A stretch of DNA of 64,000 bases from Oculina patagonica (taxonomy: Eukaryota): positions 10,602,001 to 10,666,000 of the forward strand of contig NC_135760.1 of NCBI RefSeq assembly GCF_052425735.1. Direction: 5' to 3'. Of this stretch, positions 11,227 through 23,138 are shown one piece after another (position 1 is the stretch's first letter; every line of letters starts with the position of its first letter). The notes under the pieces are model-generated. The model was not told the DNA's origin. It did not search any database and saw nothing but the letters and a program-made list of their open reading frames with translations. The translations under genes were made by a program, and so were the position numbers.

Positions 11227-14200
11227 GGGGGGGGGAGAAAAGGGAGGGAAAGAAGGAAAAAAAGAAGAGGAGAGGAAAAGAAAAAAAACAGTAGCACGTA
11301 TTAAATACAAGAGAGAAGTAAATACATACGTACAGGAAATACATAGCTATGCAAGGAAATACTTTTGCGCGATAAATAAACAAGCGCAAGGAGTAAATAC
11401 TGTCGAGGAGAAATTTGCGCGGGGTGGGACTTCAGGGAGAGTACAAAGGGGGATATTAGGACAGTTTCTTACCCGGCATGACCTTTCGCCCATTGGTCAG
11501 ATGATCTAACCACTGAGCTACAGGGAGACTGGTGACGAGATACAATCCCAGACAAAGGTCGTTGGTACACCTCTAATAACGTGACAATTCGTTACGAATG
11601 CGATGAAATAAAGATCCCCCCTCCTCCCTTTACAATGTTGTAAAATAGGAAGCAATGGTAGGCATTGTTTTTTCAGAGGCTTGCAAATACCGCCGACCAT
11701 TCAGCAAATATACATATAGAAGGCCAACAGATTAATAGAGTCTGCCACACTAAATCGCTGGGAATCCACATTGACCAACATTTGTCATGGACCAAACATG
11801 TCAATGAGATTGCCAGGGTTGTTTCCTCTGGTATAGGTGCTCTTAAAAGGCTACGGCCATTCATGCGAAGAGACAGCTATTTTGCTATATAGAGCTCTCA
11901 TTGAACCGTATTTCGACTATTGTTGTCCTGTGTACAAAAGTTACAAAATCGCGCCTTAAGAATCATTACGAAGTCGGATTTCTTTTCTAGTGCTACCGCC
12001 TTACGATCAAAGCTAGGATGGGATACCCTCTTTACCAGAAGGAAAAAGCTTAAAGCGAAACTAATGTTTAATACTATCAATAAACAAGCTCCGGAGTACT
12101 TACAAGACCTATTTACACCATTCAGCACAGAATATAACCTTAGAGACAACGCAAACAAGTTAGCTCTACCTAAGCCCCGTACTGATTTTTTAAAACGAAG
12201 TTTCTGTTACAGTGGGGCAAAGTTGTGGAATAGTCTTCCCCACGATGTCAGAGCTGCTAGTTCCTCTAGCCAATTTAAAAGATTTATCAATTGCCTGATG
12301 TCTCCCTCGTGCTCCAACACGGCAAACATGTAAATCAGTTTTTTTTTTTTTAATTTTAACTGATGTTTTTACCGTGTATAAATAAAGTATATGTATGTGT
12401 ATGTACAAATAAGAAGGAAAGTTTACTAGTTACTCGAGTTTCACGCTCAAGGCGATCACAGATGAGTAGTTAGAGAAGATGTCAGTTATAAATGTTCAAA
12501 TTCAGGGACGGTTGAAGCGACGCTTCTCTGATTGTTGTCGCGAAGAACTTGTTTTCGTGGCGACATTTCGTTACCAGCTCGGATTTCTTGTTTAAAAGGG
12601 AGGCATTTTGCGAGGTCAAGATGCAGTTTTTCAATTAAACACAGGTTGCAGCGAGAAGGGTTACCTTTGTACGCTCTTGCTCTTTTGATGATGCGCCAGT
12701 TGATTTTGTAGTCGATGTTTCTGTCCTTTAAGTCCCAGATGTGTTTTGAAAGTACAGTGTCATGTGAGTGTATGTATGTAGGTTACACAACATTAAAAAT
12801 CAAAGTGCCCGTTGGGCTGTCTCGTGTTACAGATCAGTAAAGTAGCACCCGTTGCTAACAATCATATAAGCTCAGAAAAACCATCTCCGGATTCTACAAT
12901 ATTAATTCTCAAATTTCATTCTCAAGCATTTGCAACAGCTTGTGCTATACCAGCATCGCACCATGTGCCCTTTCTTCACATTCTACTCTAACCTACTTCT
13001 GAAATATACAGAGCCAGGAGCGCATTACTAGTAATGGCTCCTGACAAAGCCCCATTCTGATGACTTAGTGTCTTCAAAATGTCATATAACGTTCTAGAAA
13101 TCGTCTTTAAATAAATTTTATTAAATGTTCAAAAATCACCTCCGTCGTGCGCCATAGTGAGATATGAAAAAATTAAGTCACAACTACTTTGCTCTGCCGT
13201 AGACTCAATAAAAAATTTTTTACACCTCTGCACAAACATGTTATCCTACCGTTCGCTCACCTGATATTTAGTGAAAAGAACTTTCCAGTTTAGAACTTCC
13301 AGCGCTTGATACAGCTACCTATTAGTAAGAATAAAAACAATTTTTCCCGTTGGATCGATTTCGCACTTCCCTTAATGGTTTTTTTTATCTACCGCGTTAT
13401 TACTGCTTTCTATATGCCTGAATGAAGTTTAAACAACCTACCAAAACGCAAAATGAGATACCACTTCAATTTTTTTTTGCGTGATAACTTCACTAATTTC
13501 TCCTTTTGACACATATTTGACTGAAATGCTCTGGCGCCAACAACCCTCCACCCGATTGTACACTCCCCCGACTACCCACTACACAGTATCTTCGACAGAT
13601 GTTGCCCGAACATTCGGTCTTTGTTTAGCAAGAACGTCACCTGACACTACACTTAAAATTAAAGCGAAGTGGTGAAAAGCAAAGCAAATTAGTTTCCTGA
13701 GAAGGTTTTTCGACGTAATTTGCTTCTCACTTCTTTCTAATGGGGATCTTTTATCTGGAGGCATTATGTATTAAATTAACAGCAGTAAGATTGTGGCCAA
13801 GGAAATGTCTAGAGGTATTGATTTATAGTCTGCGCTCGTGTTTCCTTTTGTTTCACACTTTTTGCCATGCACATGTTTTGCTAGTTTAGTTTGTTTTTGC
13901 TCAAGTCTATTTGTAAAATACGCTTTAAACTCTGAAATTTACGCCGTAAAAGGACAAGATATATGTTCCGTGAAAACGTTGATATTATTTTGATACTAAA
14001 TGTTTTCATATTTGTCCGGCCGAGTGACAACCGGAAATGAATTTATTGCTTGACGCTTAAAAGACTTTATCCTGGTCCTCTTCGTGCCATTCGAGTCAGT
14101 CTCGCCCACACCCAGACCTTTCGTGCTTCTCTGCTCTTCAGGCGACGAAACAGCCCAAAGAGAAGCTTTGATCACGTCGGACCATTTCGTAAGTTCTCTG

Positions 14201-17200
14201 CCGGTCCGGATTCGGGAGAAGATGCTGTAGATGTCTGCAACAGCAACGGGACTCGTCGGGGAGCTCGTTCTCGATGGCCCCTGGCCTGTTTGACTGCCTT
14301 CACCCACGTTTAACTGCGAATGCAGTTCATTCATAAAAGGGCCAAACTGCTGTTGCTGCTGCTGCTGCTGATCAAAAAAGTAACCGGATAAAATGGTGTT
14401 GAACTGAGAAAAAAGCCACCTCCATCCATGATCGAGTGTTCTAGCGAAGTTCCCGCGTTTGTGATTGCGTGCGATCATGACCTTCAATGTCATTTCCCTG
14501 ACAGGTTCTGTTATACTGGAGACGGCTTCCTTGTTATAAAGACAAAATTTGAAAATCGGTTCGCCTTTTTTAAGTGGAGGTCGCACAAATCTCGCGTTTA
14601 TAGATTTTCACCGCAAAGTAATCAATTTTTTTTAGTGGACCCGGCCCTAAGAAAAAAAAAAAAAAATTATAATTTGACTTTCTCAAAATTCACATCACGT
14701 TTGGAAAGCGTATAATAACAAAGCAAAGCAAATTAATTTCCTGTTTCTCAGATAACGATATCGCACTTCCCTTAATCCTTTCGTTCTGTTTCTACACTAT
14801 TCATAATACGCCCTTCCTATTCTTTACTGAATAAAGTTTAAAGAAACGAAAAAGCCGAAGATGAGATACCACATCAATATTTTTTTTGCGTGTACCCAAT
14901 TTCTCCTTACACACATGATGAAACTGCCTGACCTCAACAACCCTCGACCCTAACACGCACCAATGGCTTTCTTACGCAAACAGATTACAACAGCTTTTCA
15001 GCCAGCCGCATACTTTACAATACCCACCGCAAATTAATATCAAAACACAAACCTACCGTAAAATAATTCATTTTCATATACCTTTTAAGCAAAATGAATA
15101 AAATTCAATGCGGTAAAACTTTCACACTATCATTTCACCTCTCACCGGAAAGCAGCGAAGAAGCGACGAAGACACATCCCGACACCAGCAAAATTTCTAT
15201 TATGTGTCTTTTCGTCTTGTTTCCTGCTACTTTTACTTCGTCCCGAGACCAGCACTTCCTGAGCTACCGTCCCCGCGTCGTTCGACGAGAGAGGGGGGGG
15301 ACGAAGTGAGGGATGTGTGTTGTTAGTGTATTGATTTTTGTCTCGTTTGGTGCGGGAACGCAATTTTTAGCCGTAATGTCTGTTAGGATTGTACGGCTAC
15401 GTATAATAAAGTTTAAAATCGAATTGAATAGCTTGAAGTTTTCACGCACATAAGACAAAGAAAATTTTGAGTTCCGCCGGACCATTTTCAAAAGCCCATA
15501 TCGCAATCCGTTTCATTTCGACATTTTGGCCATCCGTATCTTTGATTTGTGTGTTTTTAAAGATCCCTTATGTTTTAATGTTATTTTATATATTTAAACG
15601 ATTTGATGTCATTTCTATGCCTATTTGCCTAATCCGTGACACGGTCCCTTTAGGGTTACACAGAAATTACATTTTTTTTTTATTTTTTGGTTCTTTTAGG
15701 GTCAACAAAAAGTTAGCTACACCCAGATTGTCTTTTGCGAACCGACGAGCATCCCCGTCCGTTTCATTTAGGACCCCCCCCGGGAATGTAAGCGTCCTGT
15801 GTGGAGATTGCGGATTTTTTTTTTCTGTTTGAAATTCTACATACCTTTGAAACGGTACAAAATTCCGGTGGTCGTGCGCACTCGCACTTACACGGGAAAG
15901 GATTCCAACTGCAAGTAAAAACAACAAAGCAGCTTAGTCAACTTTTAAACAGACTCTTCATTTAACATAACAACAAATATTCACGAAAAAAAGAATGTTT
16001 CTAAAGATATTCGAGGAAGGGGGTTCACTTTTCATACGAAATATGTTATTGGGTAATTTCATTGCCACGTTATTCTGTTCAACATGCATACACACAAGAA
16101 GTGTAGCGGGACATAGTGCAGCAACGTCCCCTTGTGTCGTCTCATACTTTTTAGACCGTGCAACACGAATTTTGCGGGAATTTGCAAGGGAAACCATGTC
16201 CTCTTGTGCATAGGCGTACGAGGCGGGGGGGGCCGCCCCCCCGGCCCGTTTTCGGGCAAAATGCTTAGAATTCGGGCAACAAGCGAAAAAATACAAAATA
16301 AGCTAAAACGTCTAGTCAACATTACGTTTAAAACGAATTAAATCAACAGGAAAAGTATTGGAAATATACCTAACTTTGATGTTCAAAAGTCCCAATTTCT
16401 TATTCATCTGAGTTCGCTTCCTCTCGCCAATTGCTATAATCATGTTCGATTTTTCTCGCAAATTCTGTGCGAGTCCTCAGTTTTAATCAGTTGCAATCAG
16501 CTTTTCAACAACTTGAGGGTTTGCGCACGATGGATTTAGTGCAAGATCTTGAAGCTGTTATAAATGTGACGAAGCTAAAGCTTTCGACTAAAACGTTTAG
16601 TTCTCAGGGCTAGCTTGAAACTTTCAACGAAATGTTTTGAAACCCATTCATCCTTGCATGTTTTACACGCTTTTGTATTACTTTCAAATGGGGGAAAACA
16701 AAGTAAATTGGCTCACCAAAATTAATATAATTGTTTCTTAAGTAGAGTGAATAAATTAAGGATATCCGAAAAAGGATTCACTGCATTGACACCTTCGGAT
16801 AACGCCACGAAATTAATTTAAGAACTTAAGCAAGCAGGCGAAGTTTGTACACAACTATTTAAATGTATGTTTTATTTTTCATTTTACATGCCTCTTTATT
16901 CGGCTTCAACCCATGTCATTTTTTCGGGCAAAAAGGTCTCCGCCCCCCAGGACCGAAGGTGCCCGTACGCCTATGCTCTTGTGTGAACAGTACAAGACTT
17001 TGTCGCTGTGACATGTTCCTCCCACCACATTCGTGTCTCAATCTCGTTTCCAGACACCGCGAACCTTTAGGTCGGCACCAAGAATCTAGAGCTCTGGGCT
17101 AGACTGGAAGCCCGCCAAAAAGACGACCAAATCTAATTGGCTGTTTAAAACTTGTTCGTTTCATTCACAATCTCGGGTGCACGCGCACAATCAAACCAGA

Positions 17201-20200
17201 ACCAGAAATTCCTGGTTCCGGTTGTTGAATCGCCCAGAGACGTTGCGTTTCCCGCCGGCCGCTGGTCAAGGGGACGCAGCCTCTGGGAAGGAGATTGTGA
17301 AGAATCTACGCTTCCTTTCAGTTTTCACACACAATGGCCGTTTTCACACTAGAAGACGGACAAATTGTCTGAACGGACAAGTCGTCTGACGATTTGTTCG
17401 TCTAGTGTGAATTAAGACGGCTTTTTGACTACTTGTTCGCTTGTTCGTCTAGACGACCAAGTCGTCCTCAAAAAATCGTCTCTCCAGACGGCCAAATCGA
17501 CGGACAAATTCAGACGACTTGTACGTCTAAAATCGTGTCCATCCCGTTTTCACACAACGACGACTTCTTCGCCTCAGACGATTTGTCCGTCTCTAATGCG
17601 AAAAGGGCCAATGCATGTGCTTAAGAAGTTACCACTGACCTAAATCTGTTGGGGCACGGTGTCGGAGGCTCATCGGTGTATTTACATTGACAGCTGCATG
17701 TGCCTTCATCAAAATCTTCATTTTCCGAGCAGTCTTCGGCCTTCGTAACGCACGTGCACTCGCAACTCGTGTGATTCACGACGGATATCCGTTTCATTTT
17801 ACTATTTGCTAAATCCACCACATCTCCGGTGATATTGTTCTGGGTTTTGGCGACGCAGCGATAGGTTTTTGGAGAGACGTTACAGCCCCCACTGCACCGG
17901 TAAACATCATCAATGAAATAAGGAACGTATTGATGGTTAGGAGGGTCTAGCGCCAAGACCACTTGCCTGGGCTCGCAGCTGACGGGATTATCTTGAATAC
18001 TGAAACCTGCAAAATATATTACTAAAGATTTACCAAACGTTACTCAGGGTAGCATTCGTTGCCTCTGACTAGCGATCAAAAAACTTAGTCTTCCTCAGTC
18101 CGTCTGTTATAAGACTGGCTGTAAGGTGCAGAGTATGATGGGAAGAGGAAAACAGTAGGGACGTCGTTCTTATCATCATCAACGTCATTCTCTCCCCAGA
18201 GCCCTTCGTTTCTCGTAGCCGACGAGAAACGAAGGGCTCTGGGCTCACAGGATTTCCAGTCCTAGATTCAAACCAGTTACAGCCAATCAAAAAAACAATC
18301 AAAATCCTATGTCCCAGAGTCCTTCGTTTCTCGTGCAAGGGCTTCGCCGGCTAAGAAAAGCAAGAAGAGGTATGGGGACGAAAATGCCGCAACGTGTTTC
18401 CTCATCAGAGAGAGCTGGGACTAGTCTCTAGACTAAAGAAAACATCTTTAGCGCCGAGTAACTTGGACCACTAGTAATGGCGATTCGCAGCTGTTTGCAT
18501 GCAAATTTGCACTGCAACGTACCAGTTTATTCGTATATATAATAAGAGATTTATTGCATGGTCACTTGGATGAATGAAATATGAAAAGAATTAAAAGCAT
18601 GCTTATCTGAAGCTTTCTGTGCAGCTCTCAGTGAAGTAACTTTAAATGCACGGCTCGACGAAACTTTTCGTGAGATCCGGCCAAAAATTTGCCATAGTCT
18701 TCCTAGCGCTGTGTGGCCCTCTACATTTGATCGTCCCACATCTCAGTGAAGTGGTTAATGACAGCTACGTTGCTTATCCCCCCCCCCCCCCGATACATGT
18801 AACATACGAAACGTTAAGTTTTTAATCAAAGTTTTTTCCGACATGCGTTGTGTCATTTTTCACCGCAGTGTTTTTTTATTTTTATTGAAGTTAAAATGGC
18901 CTAAGAATAGGAATGGTCGTTGCCCAAAACACGAAAGAAAATTGAACACAACACTCTTTATTCCACGCAAACGACGAGCAAAACAACATAGCTCCGGCAT
19001 GTGCTTTTACAACCGTTTGTACCCGGCAACAAGATTAAATGATACGTTATGTAACGGTCACACAGTGTCCCAATACATACATACGTAACAGGAAAGAAGA
19101 TTCAAAAGTTTTGGCAGTATCTAGTCACAAATGACACAAATAGAGGGAGTTACACCAAGCATTGACCAATTAAATTAATTTTCTTCATCCTGGACAATCT
19201 TGTCCCCAGAGCCCAACAAACAAGAGCTGACGGATTTCATTGAACTAGTGACAAACTGTTTTTGTTTTAGTTAATTACTATGATTTTTAATTACTATGAC
19301 AGTACTCCCATAGGATTTTTTAAATTACTCTTGTATAGAGCAACTGAAGTGTTTCTTTTTTAATTTTTCTTTTCAAATCTTTTAAATGTTATGATTAAGT
19401 TAATATTATTATTCAGTGTTAACAAATAATGTAAAGCAGTGTATGTGCTTTAAGATAACGTTAATTAATTACTCACCTACTCTCTGACTTACTTTTATGA
19501 CCTTTTATTTATACTGGTGCAAGATTATACCAAAAAAACTCGCTCTGGTACGACATTTTTGTGCAGGTATCATGTACCTTATTATAGGAATATAACGAGG
19601 CATTTTAACAACGCGAACAAAATTTACGCGTAATAAAAATTAACGCGAAGGGGTTTAGGAAAGGGGGGGGGGGAGTTCTGGTCAAATGCTTATAGTAAAA
19701 AAGTTAACACACAAAATTAACGCGAATTTTTGAAATTCGCGTTAATAACATGTATCGTTAATTTCCTATAATAAGGTATTCAAAGAAATACAGAGGCACA
19801 AGTTTTTTTTTTGTAAACTTGCACCGGTACTAGACTAGACTAGCCTGCGAATACAGTCGCCTCTATCTCGTCGCGTCCCGGCCGGTTGGGCGTTCGAGAG
19901 GCGGCTGTATTCGCAGGTTAGAACTGGACGTATCTGTCACGACATTTACAGTCTCCTACAATGTGTCACGCTATGTCAATAGAACTTAGTGCCTTCTCAA
20001 AGGGCCGGGCTAGTCGTAAGGGAAAATTAAATAGCAACAAAAGAATGAAAACAAATACAGTAAAATTGTCGGTTGTAAAGTTCAGTCAACTTGTCGGTCC
20101 ACAATTGAATGAAAGTCATTTGAAAAGAAATTTGATCGCCATTTCCATGCCACAGGTCTTGTATAAAAAATATGTCGATGTTTATATCATTCGAGGTAAA

Positions 20201-20608
20201 ACAGCAGCAGCAGTTTTGTTTGAGCGAAGAAAAGTTTCTCGATCATTTATAAAATCTGATAAAACTCTTGAAAGGAATGAAATCGAACCAGAATATTAAG
20301 TATTACCGTATGTGAACCTTCAAAGGGAACGCGACGATCGACAAATAAGAGAAGCGTTAAATGTTACCCGCTTTAAAACGTAAACAAAGCAAAGAATGCA
20401 AGCTGCACTATTAAAGAATTCATCGCCGTTAAACAAACGAAAACTACTTTATTAGCCTTTTGATTTCTCTAAATCAAGCCTGTGACAATGAAAGAATAAT
20501 CGAAGCAATGCTTTCCCGTAACAAATATTCGGGTCGTCACTTACCTCGAACAAAACCAGCATTAGCGAATATCGTCAGGAATGCACCCACAAACAATACG
20601 CCAGCCAT
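8955..20608 (-). CDS. PDGF/VEGF-family growth factor with CX10CXCXC repeats and a transmembrane helix (6 exons, 302 aa)
   Basis: Exons 20608-20545, 18006-17640, 15908-15845, 11022-10872, 9689-9543 and 9070-8955. All have GT/AG boundaries and matching phases (64+367+64+151+147+116=909 nt). Protein: [22 protein letters not shown] signal; CEPR...YRCSGGC...C...NHTSCEC knot; three C-X10-C-X-C-X-C repeats; [24 protein letters not shown]; tail ending DKRADNRV*. Confidence 0.85.
9543..9689 (-). CDS. PDGF/VEGF-like gene exon 5 (transmembrane helix)
   Basis: tccttcgcag|, (V)[48 protein letters not shown], g|gtattt; phase 1-1. Confidence 0.8.
10140..10825 (-). mobile_element. tRNA-derived SINE (family B) split by the family A insertion
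   Basis: gaagcgacta|ggagt...ctcccccctggatgg...gtgtcttgcccaagaacacaac...ccattacaccaccgtgtctccc. The uninterrupted junction gagcgactaggagt is seen in the copy at about 57223. Other copies at about 34610-34750, 38340-38610 and 57810-58070. Confidence 0.75.
10205..10603 (+). mobile_element. Apparently full-length tRNA-derived SINE (family A) with (ACTATGA)n tail
   Basis: Pol III A box tagctcagttggtagagc and B box ggttcgactcc; 3' tandem actatga; 5-bp duplication gacta (10200-10204, 10604-10608). A partial reverse copy lies at about 33300-33446. Confidence 0.85.
10872..11022 (-). CDS. PDGF/VEGF-like gene exon 4 (CXCXC repeat and stalk)
   Basis: aatttcag|, [50 protein letters not shown], g|gtaagt. 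Confidence 0.85.
11665..12405 (+). mobile_element. 5'-truncated LINE (CR1/L2-type reverse transcriptase C-terminus), frameshifted
   Basis: [56 protein letters not shown] are typical of CR1/L2-clade ORF2 ends; aataaa and a (tatg)n tail at about 12380-12405. Confidence 0.85.
12420..12770 (-). mobile_element. Penelope-like element 3' fragment (GIY-YIG C-terminus plus degenerate hammerhead)
   Basis: Minus strand reads [44 protein letters not shown], then after a frameshift [18 protein letters not shown], followed by actcatctg-tgatcgccttgagcgtgaaactcgagt. Confidence 0.75.
15845..15908 (-). CDS. PDGF/VEGF-like gene exon 3 (CXCXC repeat)
   Basis: ttacttgcag|, (S)[21 protein letters not shown], |gtatgt; 64 nt bridges phase 2 to phase 0. 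Confidence 0.85.
16209..16975. mobile_element. hAT-type non-autonomous element (MITE)
   Basis: 12-bp TIR cataggcgtacg/cgtacgcctatg; perfect 8-bp TSD ctcttgtg (16201-16208, 16976-16983). Confidence 0.85.
17335..17610. mobile_element. MITE with internal agacg/cgtct repeats, about 30 nt from the exon 2 donor
   Basis: tggccgttttcacactagaagacggacaaat ... atttgtccgtctctaatgcgaaaagggcca imperfect TIRs. Confidence 0.7.
17640..18006 (-). CDS. PDGF/VEGF-like gene exon 2 (cystine-knot domain plus first CXCXC repeat)
   Basis: Acceptor ttttgcag|; [17 protein letters not shown]...YRCSGGC...NHTSCECTC...CSCQC...PCPNRF; donor ag|gtcagt. Confidence 0.9.
19575..19778. mobile_element. MITE (taccttattataggaa TIR); other termini of the family at about 42426 and 45383
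   Basis: taccttattataggaa ... ttcctataataaggta perfect 16-bp inverted termini. Confidence 0.7.
20545..20608 (-). CDS. PDGF/VEGF-like gene exon 1 (signal peptide)
   Basis: ATG at 20608, [21 protein letters not shown], donor g|gtaagt, phase 1 matches the next exon. Confidence 0.8.
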
Positions 20609-23138
20609 CAGTCGAAGAAACGACGTCTTGAAGTTAACACTCAGTCAGCGATGGGTCGGCGAGAAAAGTCGTCCAACGGAACTGCGGCGAAAAATACGTG
20701 AAATTTGAGTTGTGCGTGTTATGATACCCTTTCAGCTCGCTTTTACGAAAGCCAGGCTGCTTCAATATCATTTAGCACGTGTCTCTTGACAGCGATGGTA
20801 AATTATCAGCTGATGATAGTTTTTTCGATTTAAAATCGTTACCGCAGCAAACCCTCTTTCCTGCAACGAGCTATTTGTACTGCGATTTTCGAATGTTGTC
20901 AGTTCTAGGTCACATATTATACCGACGCGCTATCAAAACTCTTTTGTATTGTCTTGAAGGATTAATTATTAATGAAATACAAAGAATAGTAATCAAACAA
21001 CAGCTAATTATTGATACACGGCAAATAGCATTTTACAGAGGTTGCCGAGTTTGACGCACGGTAGCGGAACGCGCGATTCGCATGCCGGCAACGTTAGAGA
21101 CAATTCAGTCCTGTTCAGTGTTTAACAAATCTAAGTTCCACAAATTAATAAAAAAGAAACATTATTACTTAACTTTAGAAAGTCGTGTTATAGCTTCAAA
21201 CGACGCAGTAGATTAGAAAATAATTCTTATAAATTACCTTGCAGTAATGCTTGTATACACTGGCGATCTCTTGATAAAGTATTTTACCCACCGTGCTGGT
21301 AAATGTTCGTATATTGTCTTGGTAAACGGCGTTAAAATCACAACCAAAGTTTTATGTTTCACTGCGGAAAGTGGCAAATCATCGCGTACGTGAGCTCTCT
21401 CATACCGTGACATCACTTGACATTTGTTACGTCACAAACATTTTATCTGAAGATTTGTTACGTCACTGACAAACGCTTCAAGTGTAGTCACACGATATTT
21501 GGGAAGTGGTCATAACAAGTGTACTCGACGAGGACCCACCTTGTGTCGGGGGCTATACAAGATACCACCTGTCTGGTAAGCCAAATGGACAAATTTTATT
21601 GGCCTCAAAATTTGAGTCGAGACTTACATATTAGGTGTGTATGAAGCTTGCCTTGCTGGAGAAATGACACAATGAGGTTTGAATCTTTTACTTAGTTTGT
21701 ACTCCTGATAAAGTGGGGGCAACAGCATCAGTTACGTGTCCGGATCAAGGCAAAGACAAGACTGAAAGGCAGATGGGAGAAGAAGAGAGAACGCACGGCG
21801 AATACTAAAAAATAATGACATGACAAACGCAAATCCACGTTTTCTTCTTCTTTAAACATGTAAAACAAGGTGCTTTTAGCCACACTGAACAGTTAAAGAA
21901 GAATTTTCAAAACTCAGAGCCAAGCGACAGTGAACTGAGTAAAGCTACAGAAAGGCTTCCTGAAATGAAAAACAAACTCGTGAATTCTTCACGTGCAAAA
22001 TACAAATTTGTGCATTTATTTTAATGAAGCTTATAATGTAAATTTGCAATGAATACCCAAAACGCCATACGGTCTTGCCTTTTAGGTTTTAGCTTTGACC
22101 CGACAACGTTTATTGAAATACCTGTATACAACGCAAGACACCATCTTCTTTTTGCAGCTGAGCCACGGTGGGTCCTGTCTGAGTACAATAGTTTTGACCA
22201 TTTCCTTTACATAGAGATTTTGCGAGCAAAAAGAGTGACTACATTAAATAACACGGTGATAAAGGTAGTTAAAGGTAGTCTACCTAAGCAATCAGTTTAA
22301 ACTAGTGAAGACTACTGATGAGCTAAAACCGAAATTCTTATTTGTGTTTAAGGGCAACCGATTGTTTATCCGTGATTTCTACGAAACCGAGCATTTGAAC
22401 TGTTGCTGAAGGGAAGTTTCCATGGATGACTGGATGCGTCTTTAGCACGTCCGCTCTCTGCAGAATATTCTTAGAAAAAGAAGAAGGGAAGTATGCACCA
22501 ACAAACACCAACAAAATATGCTTGCAACTTAGGAAAACTAGGAATGTTGGAATGTGGGAATGTGGGAATACTGGAAAACCGGAACACTGTAACTTGGTGT
22601 TTCTGATAGTGAAGCGTGCCGAGAGCATTTATTTTCAAGTCATTTTTCAAACTTTCGACATAACTCTGGGTTATATGCTACTTTTTTTTCTGGCAGAGTA
22701 TCTACAATTCTATTGTTCCCTCTAGGCTGTATTCCAAATCGATATTTGTTATACAGTATCATGCATGCCACCGAGTTTCCTTGTTGTCCCTTTCTCTTTG
22801 CTCTTTCTACGATTTCGTTTAATTTGGTTATTGCATCACAGTTTAAGATGTTTCCCATGCCCACCAAACGCCAATTTGCAGACCTGACCGGAAGTTGAAT
22901 CTCAGGACGCGCGGTGGCCTAGCCGTTAGCACGCAGGACTTCCGGAATTCCCACGTTTCATTGCCGTTCCTGGATTTCAGCATTTGATGACTTGACGGTT
23001 TGATTTACATTCAATGATGAGTTAATTGATTTACCGTCGATACTTGCCGCGTTGTAACGTTTTCCTGCTGCAGTTGAGTCTTGGCTTCCTATGTTAAGCC
23101 TTTGCATTCGAGTATTTCACTTATAACTGATCACAATC

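Noticed and set aside
11036-11509. Lys/Gly- and Phe/Pro-rich ORFs
   Set aside because: They arise from A/G homopolymer runs (low complexity, probably consensus noise) in an intron; similar patches occur at about 42490-42610 and 43020-43140.
22308-22340. ctgatga...gaaa hammerhead-like string
   Set aside because: No credible stem II pairing between the core elements.
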